From NCBI GenBank assembly GCA_013239625.1, contig MU054323.1:11181815-11245814 (forward strand): 64,000 nt of DNA, written 5' to 3'. Positions 50,593 to 62,639 of this stretch are shown here, piece after piece. The translations under genes were made by a program, and so were the position numbers. The notes beneath the pieces were generated by a model. That model was not told the DNA's origin and did not search any database. It worked only from the letters and a program-made list of their open reading frames with translations. The DNA is from Lama guanicoe (taxonomy: Eukaryota). Within the stretch, counting starts at the first letter, position 1. Every line of letters begins with the position of its first letter.

Positions 50593-51656
50593 TGGGGCCT
50601 GAGGAGTCTTGTTATGATTAACATCCTTTGCACCGTTTTCCATGAGCCCCATTCTCAGTCATCCCCATACCCCACAAACCTCAGCCTTTCACCTGCCTAC
50701 ACGGTTCTTCCTTCCCAGGCCCGTTTCAACTTCCCCAGCTGTCAGGGCGGGGCTGAGTCACTAGTAGACTGGAGCAGACCTGGATCTGAGTGGCTGAGGC
50801 CTCCTGTTGGTCATGCCTGCACCCTGGACCCCAGTGCCTTTCCAGGTTTTCTAATCAGATGCTGCTGTGTCAAAATCCAGTATCAGCTCAGTAGCATTCT
50901 GATGACTCACTCCAGGATCTGACTACAAGTGTCCACCTCTTTATCCATCCCACCAGGACCAGAGGCTGTGGGAATGGTCAGAGGAGAGGAAACCGCTGTT
51001 TCTGGGGTGCCCACTTAACATGTCGCGGGCTCCCTGTGAGTCTGGCCTGACAACAGTCGTAAGAAGTAAATAAAGATTTTTATCTGCGGTAAAAGAAAGG
51101 AATGATCATTATAGAAATTTCAAAAAATATGAAAAAAAGAAAAACATCACTGGTAATTCTACCATCCAGAAACTGTCTTCATATCGAAGTGGTGGTCTTT
51201 TGGCCTGGCCCTTTTTCCATGTGTATCCAATTGAAATCACACTCAGTAAAATCCTTTCCACTCAATATTAAAATAGAAACTTATCTGCCATGTTACTTCA
51301 TGCTTCGCGAATGTTAGGGCAGAAATGCTGGCCTCTGGCTCGTGCATTTTATGTGGTGGAGTTGGAGGATCTATGTGCTTCCTGAGGGAAAGGCACTTTG
51401 GGAGGGAGTAATTCCAGCAAAGTGAAGTTGAGAAAAGATGCAGTGTGGGACCTAGTCTCTTTCTGGCCTCTTTTTCTGAGTTTAAAAAAATCAAGAAGTA
51501 ACAATAAAATCTTACTATTTAGATGTAGTAAAGAAAATGCCAAATAGTCAACTAAAGGAGTCAAAAACAGTTGCCTCTGGGAAGTGAGAATGAATGGGGA
51601 GACTTATTTTTCCTAGCCTTTTGCCATTTTTGTTGAACCGTTTGTTTGAACTGTTA

Positions 51657-51708
51657 GCCTCTTTAATCTTTGTGTAACTTTTTGCCTCTTTAATCTTTGT
51701 GTAACTTT
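51657..51708. repeat. Perfect 25-bp tandem duplication (period 27)
   Basis: GCCTCTTTAATCTTTGTGTAACTTT at 51657-51681 and 51684-51708, within an old L1M 3' fragment. Confidence 0.9.
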
Positions 51709-52665
51709 GATGAAAAATGCAACAACCGCCTCAAAGAGGGAGATAAGGCATGATTTATTGACCTTAACAGTAAATGGTTTTTGTCATAAACTTCATGAAC
51801 GTCATTTTAATGGCTGTATGTTGTTCCATAACTTGGCTATACTACAACTTATTTATCTATTTCCCTGTTGTTGAATGCATCATTGGTTTTCAAATTAAGT
51901 TTAGGTAATAATATTGTGATGAGTGACCCCGTGCCTAAAGTGTTTTCTGTGTTTGAGATTTTCTTTGTAGGAGAATAAGAGAGCTCTTTGTATGAGAGTG
52001 CTCATCTTCCCATGCCCTAACCAGCTTTGATTAAATGCCTCTCAAGAAGTCTCAAGTTATGAATGAGAAAATTATTTTCCCCTTTACCACTGTTGATAAA
52101 ATGGAAGCTTCGAGATCTCCAACCTGCCTCAACATGTGCAAGGTTGGAAAGTGATGGAGCCGGCTTTTCAGCCTGATCTGTCTGACTGCCAAGCCCTTGT
52201 CCACACCACATCTGGTAGAAAGAACTCATCGTCAGGAGAGTTGGATCCTAGGCCAGCCTTCTCCATTGACTAGCTGGTGCTCTTTTAGTTTCAAATGCCT
52301 TGTCTGTAAAACATGGCTGCCCTGCCTACCCAGCCACCTTCACAGAGCTATCAGGACCACATGAGATCATGACTAGGAAGACTGGAGATTCTAGAAATTT
52401 CCACTTGATTATAAACTTCAAAAAGGCATGGGCCCTGCATTCTTTTTCCTCCCAAACATTTATCTAGATCTTGCCATTCACATAGGGTGGTTACTGTAGA
52501 TTAAGTGCTTTATATGGATTATCTCATTTAATCCTCCTAACATCTCGACAAGTTAGATATGATTGTTTCTGTTGTAGAGATGAAAAATCGAGGCTGTGTT
52601 TTGTAGCCGCTAAATGATGGAGATGAGTTTGAATCTAGGAGACCTGAATTCAAAGTTTGAGCTCT

Positions 52666-53207
52666 TGTTTTTAAAATGTAGGTTTTACTATTCAGATATG
52701 ATGGGGTCAACCAGACCAGGAGACTATTGTTATTGAAATCATAGTTTGCGACAGCTCTTGGGAGGAGGGGCACTCCACGCCATGCAGGGCCACATGGGGA
52801 GGCCCCAGGGCTGCTCAGAAGGCAGAAGGAGTGAGGGGAAAGCATGGGCAAGAGGCTTTATTGCAGTTTTCCTGGGAAGGAATGGATGAGACAGGTAAGC
52901 AGGTCTCACAAGTGTAGGATTGGCTAGTTTGAATAATTTCAGGGGGCCCCTGGGAAATACAGCTGCCCTAGGTGCCTAGGACTTGACCCTGGGGGATTAT
53001 GGCAGGAGATAGTGGCTCAACCTGTGAGAACCCCATAAAGGAGGCAGTGGGCTGCTCTGGGCTCTGGATTGGTAGGTTTGCATATGAAAGACATACACAC
53101 ACAGGGGAATTAACTAGTCCTCCTGAAAGGCAGTCTCTCTTGGATCAGCATAGCCCCATATGCCAGAGCATCAGGAATAGAGAAAATAAGAAAATACAGT
53201 TAATACA
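52666..53207 (-). mobile_element. MER74-type ERVL solo LTR, near full length
   Basis: Minus strand begins TGTATTAAC...; contains TTTCATATGCAAACCTACCAATCCAGAGCCC, GAAATTATTCAAACTAGCCAATCCTA and AATAAAGCCTCTTGCCC; ends ...CCTACATTTTAAAAACA (TG...CA termini). Confidence 0.85.
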
Positions 53208-54586
53208 TGTGTGCACAAAACTGGGCTGCCTTGTGCAGCGCTCTCGCCATAGCTGGGATGATTATTTATCATCGTCTTGAGGAACCATCATCACACCAGC
53301 AATGATGTCCCATTCTTTTCCTAACAAAGGGACCATGTAGGACAGGGACCACATGGCATGCAGCACACAGCAGCTCTCGGGAGGGATTTGTTGAATGAGT
53401 GACTGAATGGTCCCCTGCCTGCCAAGCCCGGAGCTTCATGTACTGCAGGGGATGCATAGGTGTAGGTGCTCAGTAAATATCGTATTTTCTTCATCAGGTA
53501 AGAAAGGCAGTAGAACGCCAGGGGAAGGAGACTCTTAGCAGCCTTATTAGCCAAGATCTAGAACTATGTGCTTGTGGTGAATTCTTCCTAGAGGAATCTA
53601 GGGAGTTTCCAGGTTTTGTCCAGTGAAGATCTCATGAATGCCATAGGAACTCCTGACTAGGTCTTCAGAAGACATATGCTGACTCCTCACCTGACTAGTA
53701 ATCTGATTTTAATCCTCTCTCCAGGGGCCAAATGTCTGCCTTACTCAGGCAGGCACCTGGAGAACACACCCAGGAGGTTTTCATCCTCACATTCCTGCCC
53801 TCATCACCAACGTTATTCTGAGCATCTTTAGTCATTTACATTGATTCAGACGCTTAAGGATGTTTATTGTGTACAATGATTTGGAGTGGTCTCATTTATC
53901 ATTTACAATTATCTTCAAGGAGGGCCTTACAACGGAGTCCTGCTTAACACATTTCAACCATCTGTCAGAACTGAGGATTCTGAGAGGTGACTGGTGGAGA
54001 GCTAAATACAGCTCTGGGGTAGCCGTCTGAGTCCTAAGAGAGTTTTGTGCTGCTGTATCATGCAAGCAACTCTGACAGATTGAAGGAGTGTTTTAGTGTA
54101 TGAGGGGAATTAGAAAGGGGACTCCCTGCCCACAAAATGTTTACAAAGGATCAAAAGCAATAGAAACAAAGACAGACTCAGAGCATGTAATACAGGTAAC
54201 ATGAAGTAACAAGCACTTTTTAAGGGGATCATTGACAAAGGAAATATGCAAACAGCAAAACAGTATTGCATACATTAGATTCTGAGCCCAAGCAGCTTGG
54301 CCTGCCATCTCACCTCTTCATGCCAGTGGGATGCCTGACCCTACTCCCCATCTCCTCTCCCTGTCCAGCCCATGAGATAGGCACTAACTATGGATGCTAT
54401 TTCTTCAGAGGGGATAAGAACCGATGACTGTGCAAAATTAGAAGGGCTGGGAAGTAAGAAAGAAAGATGAAGCTGCAGCTCAGGGGAGGAACAGAAAAGC
54501 TCACTTCTTATCCAGAGGCTGTCACATCCACTTCCTTTCCCAGCCCCATTCCAAAAACATCGCTACACATTTATTCAGGGATTCCT

Positions 54587-54600
54587 GTTGCCATGGCTAC
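54587..54600. promoter_or_regulatory. Candidate RFX X-box
   Basis: GTTGCCATGGCTAC is one mismatch from the palindromic X-box GTTGCCATGGCAAC and lies in non-repeat-looking sequence. Motif evidence only. Confidence 0.45.
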
Positions 54601-57042
54601 CGGATGACAGATGCTTTTTGAGTCTGGTATGTGAAGAGCTCTTCCAATTTGGAATCCGACCTGGAACAGGTGGCTATTTTTAGCCACATGCTGCTAATAC
54701 ATGCTTTAGAAAAGTCAGCTCTTTGCCTTGTACTTAAACATCACCTTTTCTCCACATTGCCTTATTTCTCTGCCCAAGTGGCTTGAGGCACTTGCAGGAG
54801 TTTTTGTTTACCATTACTACAAGGTGAAAGACACAAAAGAGACCCCAAGATTCAGGTCATAAATGCTATAGTTCAGACTCGGGACACTCATCAGCAAGCC
54901 AACACAAGCCCTGGGCAGCGTGTGTCAGTTTTCTCTTTGAGATGGAGAGCTGCCCTCTCCAAGGCAACCCTTGGAGTGTTGATTCCCTGTATGATGCTCA
55001 GAATGGCTAACACCATCTTGCTCAGGGATGTTTGTGCTTATCTCATCCTCTGTGATGGGGAAGTTCTCCATTTCACATGCCTGAATCTGTACTATTATTT
55101 ATAAAATGGTACTTCGGATTCTGTGTTTATCCCATGCATGTGTGTGGCAGCCTGGTCTAATGATAAGAGTTACAGTCTTCCCCTCTCCCATCTCCAAGCT
55201 GGTTGGACATTGAAGTTCTTACATGATGTGGCCTCAGTTAGCTCCCTAAAGTTACTTACTTCTCAAATCTCTCAACCTCCCAGCTTGAAATCCCCAGGGC
55301 ATTCTTCAAACATGCAATGTCCTCCCACTGGAAATGCTTACTTGATGTCCAATGCCTAAATAGAACTCAACCTCCTCAAGAATTCCTCCCTGTCCATCTC
55401 TCCTTACCTCCTAGTTCAAAGCGTGCAAGCATTCCCTCTTTCTTGTAGGTTCTCCTATTTCATGAGTAAATGTATGAGAGCTTGAAGCACTGCACACACC
55501 ACCCAGTGCTGTGTTATTTGGGCATTTCTTAACTTCTTCATGACCACTGGAATGTTCGTGAAACCAGAGTGTGTGGTTTTTCTCCATGTTTCTATCTCTG
55601 GTGGCTGATTCAATGCTTTGTTCATAGTAGGGACTCAGGAAGTATTTGTGGGATTGAATTGTTAACTAAAAGTCTTCAGACCATGTTTCTAGTATTGCTT
55701 CTGCCACTGCCCTTGAACGTAAAGTTTTCCAGATCTGTTTCCATGTGAAAAACAGAATGATGATACATTTTTCACTTCTCTAATAACTTCATCATTAGCA
55801 CCAAACTAGCTTTGTCTTATAAATGGCACCTTCCCAGATGAAAACACATGTCCCCTAGAAATGATAAGAAAGAGAAGAGTGAGGAAATACTGTAGCAATA
55901 CTGGAACTACTTAAACTGGACAAGAGAGCTATAGGGAACACCAGAGCAATTCAAGTAGGCTTCTCTGGAAGAGGAATAATAAAAAGTGGGGGTGAGGCGG
56001 AGGGCGATGAGGAGGAACAGGAGAGGATAGGAAAGCGTAAAACTGTGTGGACAGGCCACACAGTCCAGAGAGGGCAGAGGGTGGCCAAGCAGAAATGGCT
56101 ACTGATAGGAGTGACAGTGTGGGGTCCTGAGAGGCAGAGCTCAGATCCAGTTTCTTGCATGCTGGCCAGGACTTTATTGGAGATGGGGGTTTCCTAGTCT
56201 ATAAGAAAGGAAGCCAGAAGGAGATGGGCCCCAGGCCAAGGCAGAAAAATCAGCCAGGAATGGAGCCCATAAATCTAAATGTTAGTGATGACCACAGAGA
56301 ATTTTGACTCACATAGACCCTAGCAATTCTTTGATAAACACTGAGCCAAATAAGACAAATTAAAACTAAGAAGCATGTTGGTTAACTATTGCTGGAACCA
56401 AAAACCCAGAAGTTGGAAATGGCAATAGAAGTAAAGCATTGCATAAATCCTGAAAGGCAAGGAAGAGATAAACAAGGCAAAATTAAGAGAAAAACAAGAG
56501 TTGAAGGAGAAAAGACATTAACACAAGTATCAGTAAAGCAAGACTGAAAGCAGATACCCATGGAACTAATGGTATAAATATGAGGCAGGCTAAAGAGAAA
56601 AATTGCATGCAGGTTGATTTTCATTTTTCAAGGATGAAGATGAATAGAAAAATTCATTATTTCTCAGGGACCTAGGTTTAATCCTGGATTCAAGGACAGC
56701 AATCATACAGGGAAAAGTTTTCCTGGAGCATATATGGAACTCTGGACCCGTAGACACTGCTGACTGTGAAACTTGCAGAAATAATAACCAAGGAGAGAAA
56801 TAGAGACAATGTGAGACAGAATAGACAATGAGATTCAAAGAGTAAGTGGTGTAATAGTGGACAAGTAATGAACAAGTTAGTGGGCAAGAGCCTGAGAGGT
56901 CAGCATGGGCTCAGAACAGAGATCTCAGGACCATGGATAGCTCTGGGCCTGCCCTGTGTCTGGGACAAGGGTGGCCTTTTAACCCAATGTTACCTTGATT
57001 GACCTCACTGCCTGGGTCCCATTTTGGATGTTAAAAAGATCT

Positions 57043-57148
57043 TTTGGTGAGGGGTTGGGGGAGATGGGTGGTGTGGAGGCTATAGCTCAGTGGTAGTGGT
57101 AGCCCAGTACCTCCATTAAAAAAAAAAGTAAATAAATAAACCTTAAAA
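57043..57148 (+). mobile_element. Internally deleted Vic-1-type SINE with G-rich 5' extension
   Basis: TATAGCTCAGTGGTAG(TGGTAG)CCCAGTACCTCCA plus A-rich tail. TSD AAAAAGATCT at 57033-57042 and 57149-57158. Confidence 0.8.
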
Positions 57149-58349
57149 AAAAAGATCTGCTCAGTCAATTAAGGTATAAGTCTTTCAATCTAGGGAATAG
57201 TTGTTATCTAGCTGGTGGCCTTTAATAACTATACCAAGATGTTATAGGATGTAAAAAGAAAGAGTGACTTAGAATCAAGTTTGGAATCAAGAGCTTGGAA
57301 TCAGGAGCCCTGGGTTTTGCTCCCAGCATTGCCACTTGCTAGATGTGTGGTTTTAGTGAAGTCAAATTTGATGAAATTCAGTTTTCTTTTCTGCAAAATG
57401 GGGTTTATAAGGTTTTCCCTACTTCCTATAAAGATCTACTGGGAAAATAAAATGTGATTTATTTGCATATGAAATTGTACACGTGAGAGCAATTTTAAGC
57501 TGTAAAATCCTAGTTAAATATATGCAGTTGTTCTAATTAGCTTCTAACATAATGAATAAAAGTGTTCTATAGAAACTCTGCAGGGTCAGGAGACAGGGGT
57601 GATAGACCAAAGGTGTGTCAGAGTCCAACATCTCCAAAATTAGAGGTAAGGCCTCAGGAGAAATGTGGATTTTCAAAAGCTATGGAAGCTGATTAGAAAG
57701 ATGAATGAATATGAAAGAAAAAATAAAAGAGTGAAAGGGAAAGTAAAAGGACAGACTTGCACATATTCATGACTTTCCCCCAAAAAAGCAAATGGAAAAG
57801 ATGAGTTATTTTATGTCAGTTTGTGGGTAATACCTGAAACAAGCTAAAATATCAAATAGGTGAACAAAAATTCTTGGAAATTCAAACGCATTTCTGTAAT
57901 ATTAAATCGAAAAGCAAAACTGGAACTCTTTATTATTATTATTTTTAAAAACTTTTTTCTAATATATGATCATTATAGAAAAAAATCAGAAGAAATAAAT
58001 AAGCCAAAAAGATAGTACTGAAAATACTCTCAATCCCACAAACCCAAAGACAATCTTCCAAACATCCTTCTAACTCTTTTGTGCATTTAGAAAAAACTAA
58101 GTTCACTCACCTTTTTAAAAAAATAAATATGGATTCATCTTCATGCTGTTTTGCAATATGTCTTATTAAAGAACCAATATGTCAGGACTATCTTGTAGAT
58201 AACAATAAATAAATTTGAGCAACACAAATTTAATCTTTACATATAACTATTTATTGTAATAAGTATATCATATTTATGCAACCATTCATTTTTTGTTGCA
58301 TAGTTAGGCTATTTTCAACATTTCTTTATTGCATACCGTGTTATAAGGA

Positions 58350-58590
58350 GTTCATGTAAAGGTTAAACCTATGGGTCTGGTGATAAACTTTCTAAGTTCA
58401 GCTCCCAGATTTCTTGCATGTTGACTGTCCATCTTTAGGAGAGTTAACCTCTTTAAGGTTCAGTTTCTTCGTTTGTGGAATGACTTGAATAATAGTACCT
58501 GCACTAAAACCTGTTGTTAGAATTAAGTAAAATGATATATTTTAAACACTTTACACAATGTCTGGCACATAGTAGACACTTACTAATGAT
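58350..58590 (+). mobile_element. MIR SINE
   Basis: GTTAACCTCTTTAAGGTTCAGTTTCTTCGTTTGTGGAATG...AATAGTACCT...AATGTCTGGCACATAGTAGACACT. Confidence 0.7.
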
Positions 58591-58691
58591 GATAATTTTG
58601 TTAAAGTCCTTATAGCTGAACTCTGTCATCCTTAATTATTTCTAACAGATAAATTTACAGAATTATGTTTTTATCAAAAGAAGGACATATC

Positions 58692-60328
58692 CAGCAAGAC
58701 TCCCATTCAGATCTGAAGGAGAAATCAAAAACAGATAAACAAAAGCTAAAAGAATTCAGCACCACCAACAAATGCTTTACAACAAATGTTAAAGGAACTT
58801 CTCTAGTCATCAAACTGTAAGAAAAGAGAACAATAAGAAGACAAAAAAAAAAAAGATCTACAAAAAATTGCTTTGGTAATTCGGGGTCTTTTGTGGTTTC
58901 ATATAAATTTTGGAATTGTTTGTTCTAGTTCTGCGAAAAATGGTATGAGTATTTTGACAGGGGTTGCATTGGATCTGTAGGTTGCTTTGTGTAGTACAGA
59001 CATTTTGATAATGTGGATTCTTCCAATCTGGGAGCACAAGATATCTTTCCATTTCTTTGTATCATCTTCAGTTTCCTTCATCAGTGTTTCATGGCTTTCA
59101 GAGTATAGGTAACCTCCTTCATTAAGTTTATTTCTAGGTATTTTGTTGTTTTTGATGCAATGGAAATGTTTATGCCAGTTATAAAATTCTAGTTTTTGAA
59201 GTGAAAAGAAGTGAATGAAGGACTGCAAATGGCAAAATAGTCTTCTTTTTAATGGGTGAGTTGTGTTCCATTGTATATATGTACTACATCTTCTTTATCC
59301 ATTCATCTGTTGATGTGCACTTGGGATGCTTCCATGTCTTGGCAATTCTAAGTGGCATTGCTGTGAATAGTAGGGTGTATGTATCTTTTTGAATTAATGT
59401 TTTCATTTTTCTCGGATGTGTGCCCAGGAGTGGGATTGTTGCGGGAAAATGGTGGCTCTATTTTGGGGCTTTTGAGAAACCTCCATATTGTTTTCCATGG
59501 TGGCTCGGCCAATTTGCATTCCCACCAACAGTGTATATGGGTTCCCTTTTCTCCACATCCTTGCCAACACTTGTTATTTGTATTCTTTTTGATGATGGCC
59601 ATTCTGACAGGTGTGAGATGATGTCTCATTTTGATTTTGATTTGCATTTCCCTGATATTAGTGATTTTGAGCAACTTTTCATGTTCCTGCATTTTCTTTT
59701 TTGGAGAAGTGTCTGTTCAATTCTTCTGCCAATATTTTAAATGGGTGGGTTGGTTGGTTGTTGCTTTTTAGTTGAGGTACAGTTGATTTAAAATGTTGTA
59801 TTAGTTTCTGGTGTACATCATGGATGGACTTGGAGGGCATTATGCTAAGTGAAATAAGTCAGACAGTGAAAGGCAAATAATGGAAGATATCACTTATATG
59901 TGGAATCTAAAAAAATATAACAAACAAGTAAATATAACAGAAAATAAAAAGACTCACAGACGTAGAGAAGGAAGTAGTGGTTACTAGAGGGGAGAGGGAA
60001 AGGGGAGGGGCAAGATGGTGGTGGAGGATTAAGAGGTACAAACTATCAGGTATAAAATAAACTACAAGGATGTATTGTGCAGCATGGGGAATGTAGCCAA
60101 TATTTTGTGTGCCTATAAATGGCGTATAACATTTGGAAGTTGTGAATTACTTTGTTGTATACCTGTAACATGTACTGTTGTACACCAACTATACTTCAGT
60201 TTAAAAATATGATATTGTAAAATAAATACATGAATAAATTTTGAAAATGAAAAAATAAACATAAAAAGTAAAAAAAAAAAACCCAAAAAAACGTTTTATA
60301 TGCATTGGGAAACCAAAAAAAAAAACAA
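58692..60328. mobile_element. Composite rearranged L1 insertion: ORF1 end (+), ORF2 middle (-), filler, late ORF2 (-), 3' tip (-), ORF2 end/3'UTR (+), multi-poly(A) tail
   Basis: ORF1 C-terminal motifs (AAGCTAAAAGAATTCAGCACCACCAA). Minus ORF2 peptides LMKETEDDTKKWKDILCSQIGRIHIIKMSVL and [24 protein letters not shown]. Plus 3'UTR from CATGGATGGACTTGGAGGGCATTATGCTAAGTGAAATAAGTCAG. Flanking AAAAGAAGGACATATC (58676-58691) / AAAGGAAAGACATATC (60329-60344). Confidence 0.85.
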
Positions 60329-60429
60329 AAAGGAAAGACATATCTATCAGGACAATACCATATTTTAAATAGAGAAGAATTCAGTTGTCATAAGGAAGAG
60401 GGATAGCCAGATGTTAAAAAGTTATATAT

Positions 60430-60790
60430 AGATGCAAGGATTTTGGAATCATTGCTATTAAACTTAGAGTGAGGATATCCTAGAAGCAGTAATCCTACAT
60501 CTTGGAAAATATCCTACAGAAATAATTGCATGGATATTTATGTACAAGTACATTCATTGGAGTGTTATTTATGATAGCAAAAAAAAAAAACCCTGAAAAC
60601 AATCTAATTATCTCATTTTTAGGAAATTTATTAGATATATATTATGGTACATCCATACAGTTGAATATTATGCAGACATTAAAAAGAATAAGGTAAAGAT
60701 ACACATGTTAACTTTGCAATGAGTTCCTGATATAATGTTATGGGGGAAAGTGGAGTGACAGAGATAGTGTGGCATGATAATAACTGATGT
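60430..60790 (+). mobile_element. Old L1ME-like 3' fragment
   Basis: CAGTAATCCTACATCTTGGAAAATATCCTACAGAAATAATTGCA...ATTATGGTACATCCATACAGTTGAATATTATGCAG. Confidence 0.75.
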
Positions 60791-62639
60791 GATAATTTTT
60801 AAGAGTACAGAATGTAAGGCTCATTAATTACATGTATTAGCAATGGGACAAAGCTAGATAATGCATGTGAAAAGTATTTGAACACTGTAAATGCTACACA
60901 AACTTCATTATCCCAATAATCTGACATAAATTTACTAAATGAAAAGCAAGAGATAATTGCTAATAAAAAGGACAGGATAATCACAAGATAAAGGTTATTA
61001 CAAAACAAATGCTATCTCTTTTCTGATCATAGAAGTCTGGGTGTTAAAGCAGTAAAGGTGCTTGAGTAATTACCTCACCCATCACTTTGCCTTTTGATAA
61101 AGTATATTTATCCTTTTATGTAAATGAAAAGCAGAGGTGCACAGAGCCAAGTGATTGACCCAAAGTCACAGAGCGCAATGAAGTAGAGTAATGACCAAGA
61201 TTCTCTCTCCTGATCAAAAATGGAATTCTCAAAATCATGAAAACTTGGCAAGATCAAATAGAGAATATGCAAATTCCTACTGGAACAGGAAGAAACTATA
61301 GAACTATAAAAGGGATCATTAAGGGGAGAGGAGACCTGCTCCCTTTTCAAGATGCCATGAAGAAGTAGGACATGTTAAAAAATATATTAAAAGGTATTCA
61401 AAGGGAGGCAGCAAGCCAAGGGCTTTAAATAACAGAATAGCTCTCCCCTTGCTCAGGAGCGATCAATGCAGAGCATTTTTTTTTCCCTATAAAGATGAAG
61501 AAAGAGGAACAGAAATAGCAAAAATCGAAGAACAAATGGTGAAAGTTTCCATAAACAGAGTCATGAAGATGAGTGAAGACAGAGATGCTTAATCAAGAAA
61601 GGACAATACCTTTGGATACCTGAGAGGACAAAGAGAAAGAGAGAGCATGGCACATGGGAGGGAGAGGTCCAGAATGTAGTCTGCCTTCTAAGAGCCACTC
61701 AAGGATCAGCCGTGTAAGTGATCACAACAGACATCACCGCTGAAGAAAGCAGCAACCATCAGGCTGATGAGAGGGGCCATGTGCCAGAGTCCCGTAACCT
61801 CACTGCTGAAGACCACACAATTTCCCACAAATGTAGTGAATTATGGAAAAATGGTAAAATGACCAACGGGTGCAGCCAAGTGGTGTTAATTTAATTTAAT
61901 GTACAGCTGTTGGGAAGGAAATCAACGGTCAAGATCGCTTGTGAGAACTTGAGGTGAACTCAGAATTTCTGCAGCCTTCCTTCCTAACCTCACAGTTTCC
62001 ACATCTCTGTTCCAGCTCCACTGGCTCCTCCCTACTTCTTTGCCTGGGAGATTCATTAGCAGCACCATGCCTCTCTTCAGAGCATGGATTTTTCTCTTTG
62101 TGCAAAGAGAAACAACAGGCACTTTTCAAGTGAAGCCTATAAAGAAGACTAAGAATATATGGGAAAAGAAAACTCAATCCTCATTCCTCCAGTACTCACA
62201 AATGCAGGAATTATCAACACAGGTAACTAAAGTTTAGTTTAATGAGCATGCAATATCCTGTATCTACAGCTCAACTTAACTCCATCTTGTCAAATCTTTC
62301 TGAAGTACCAGTAGGAGTTGGCCAGTCCCAGTCTTATTCTGCTAATCCATTGTTCTACACTGGTGTCTTAAGCACAGTCTCTAAAGGGTCATGTTGGCCA
62401 TCTTTCAAGGAGCCTCTTGTCCTCAATCAACTCTTGCATGAGAGACAAACTTCTAATCGTCTTCTAAAGCTCATAGCCCCTTGGGAAACATAATGATCTC
62501 TGTTTTGGGTCCAGAACTACTGTTCAAATAGCCAACTCTTCCCATATCCCCAAGTGCCTCAAGGGACCCCATTCTCGGGGAATAGTTATTAAATTAAACA
62601 TTTTTTAATACCCCTGCTCTTATATAACCACAATCAATA

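Noticed and set aside
61498..61541. Exon-like segment (poly-T acceptor; DEERGTEIAKIEEQM)
   Set aside because: Weak donor (GTGAAA), an A-rich context that mimics charged peptides, and no partner exons recognised.
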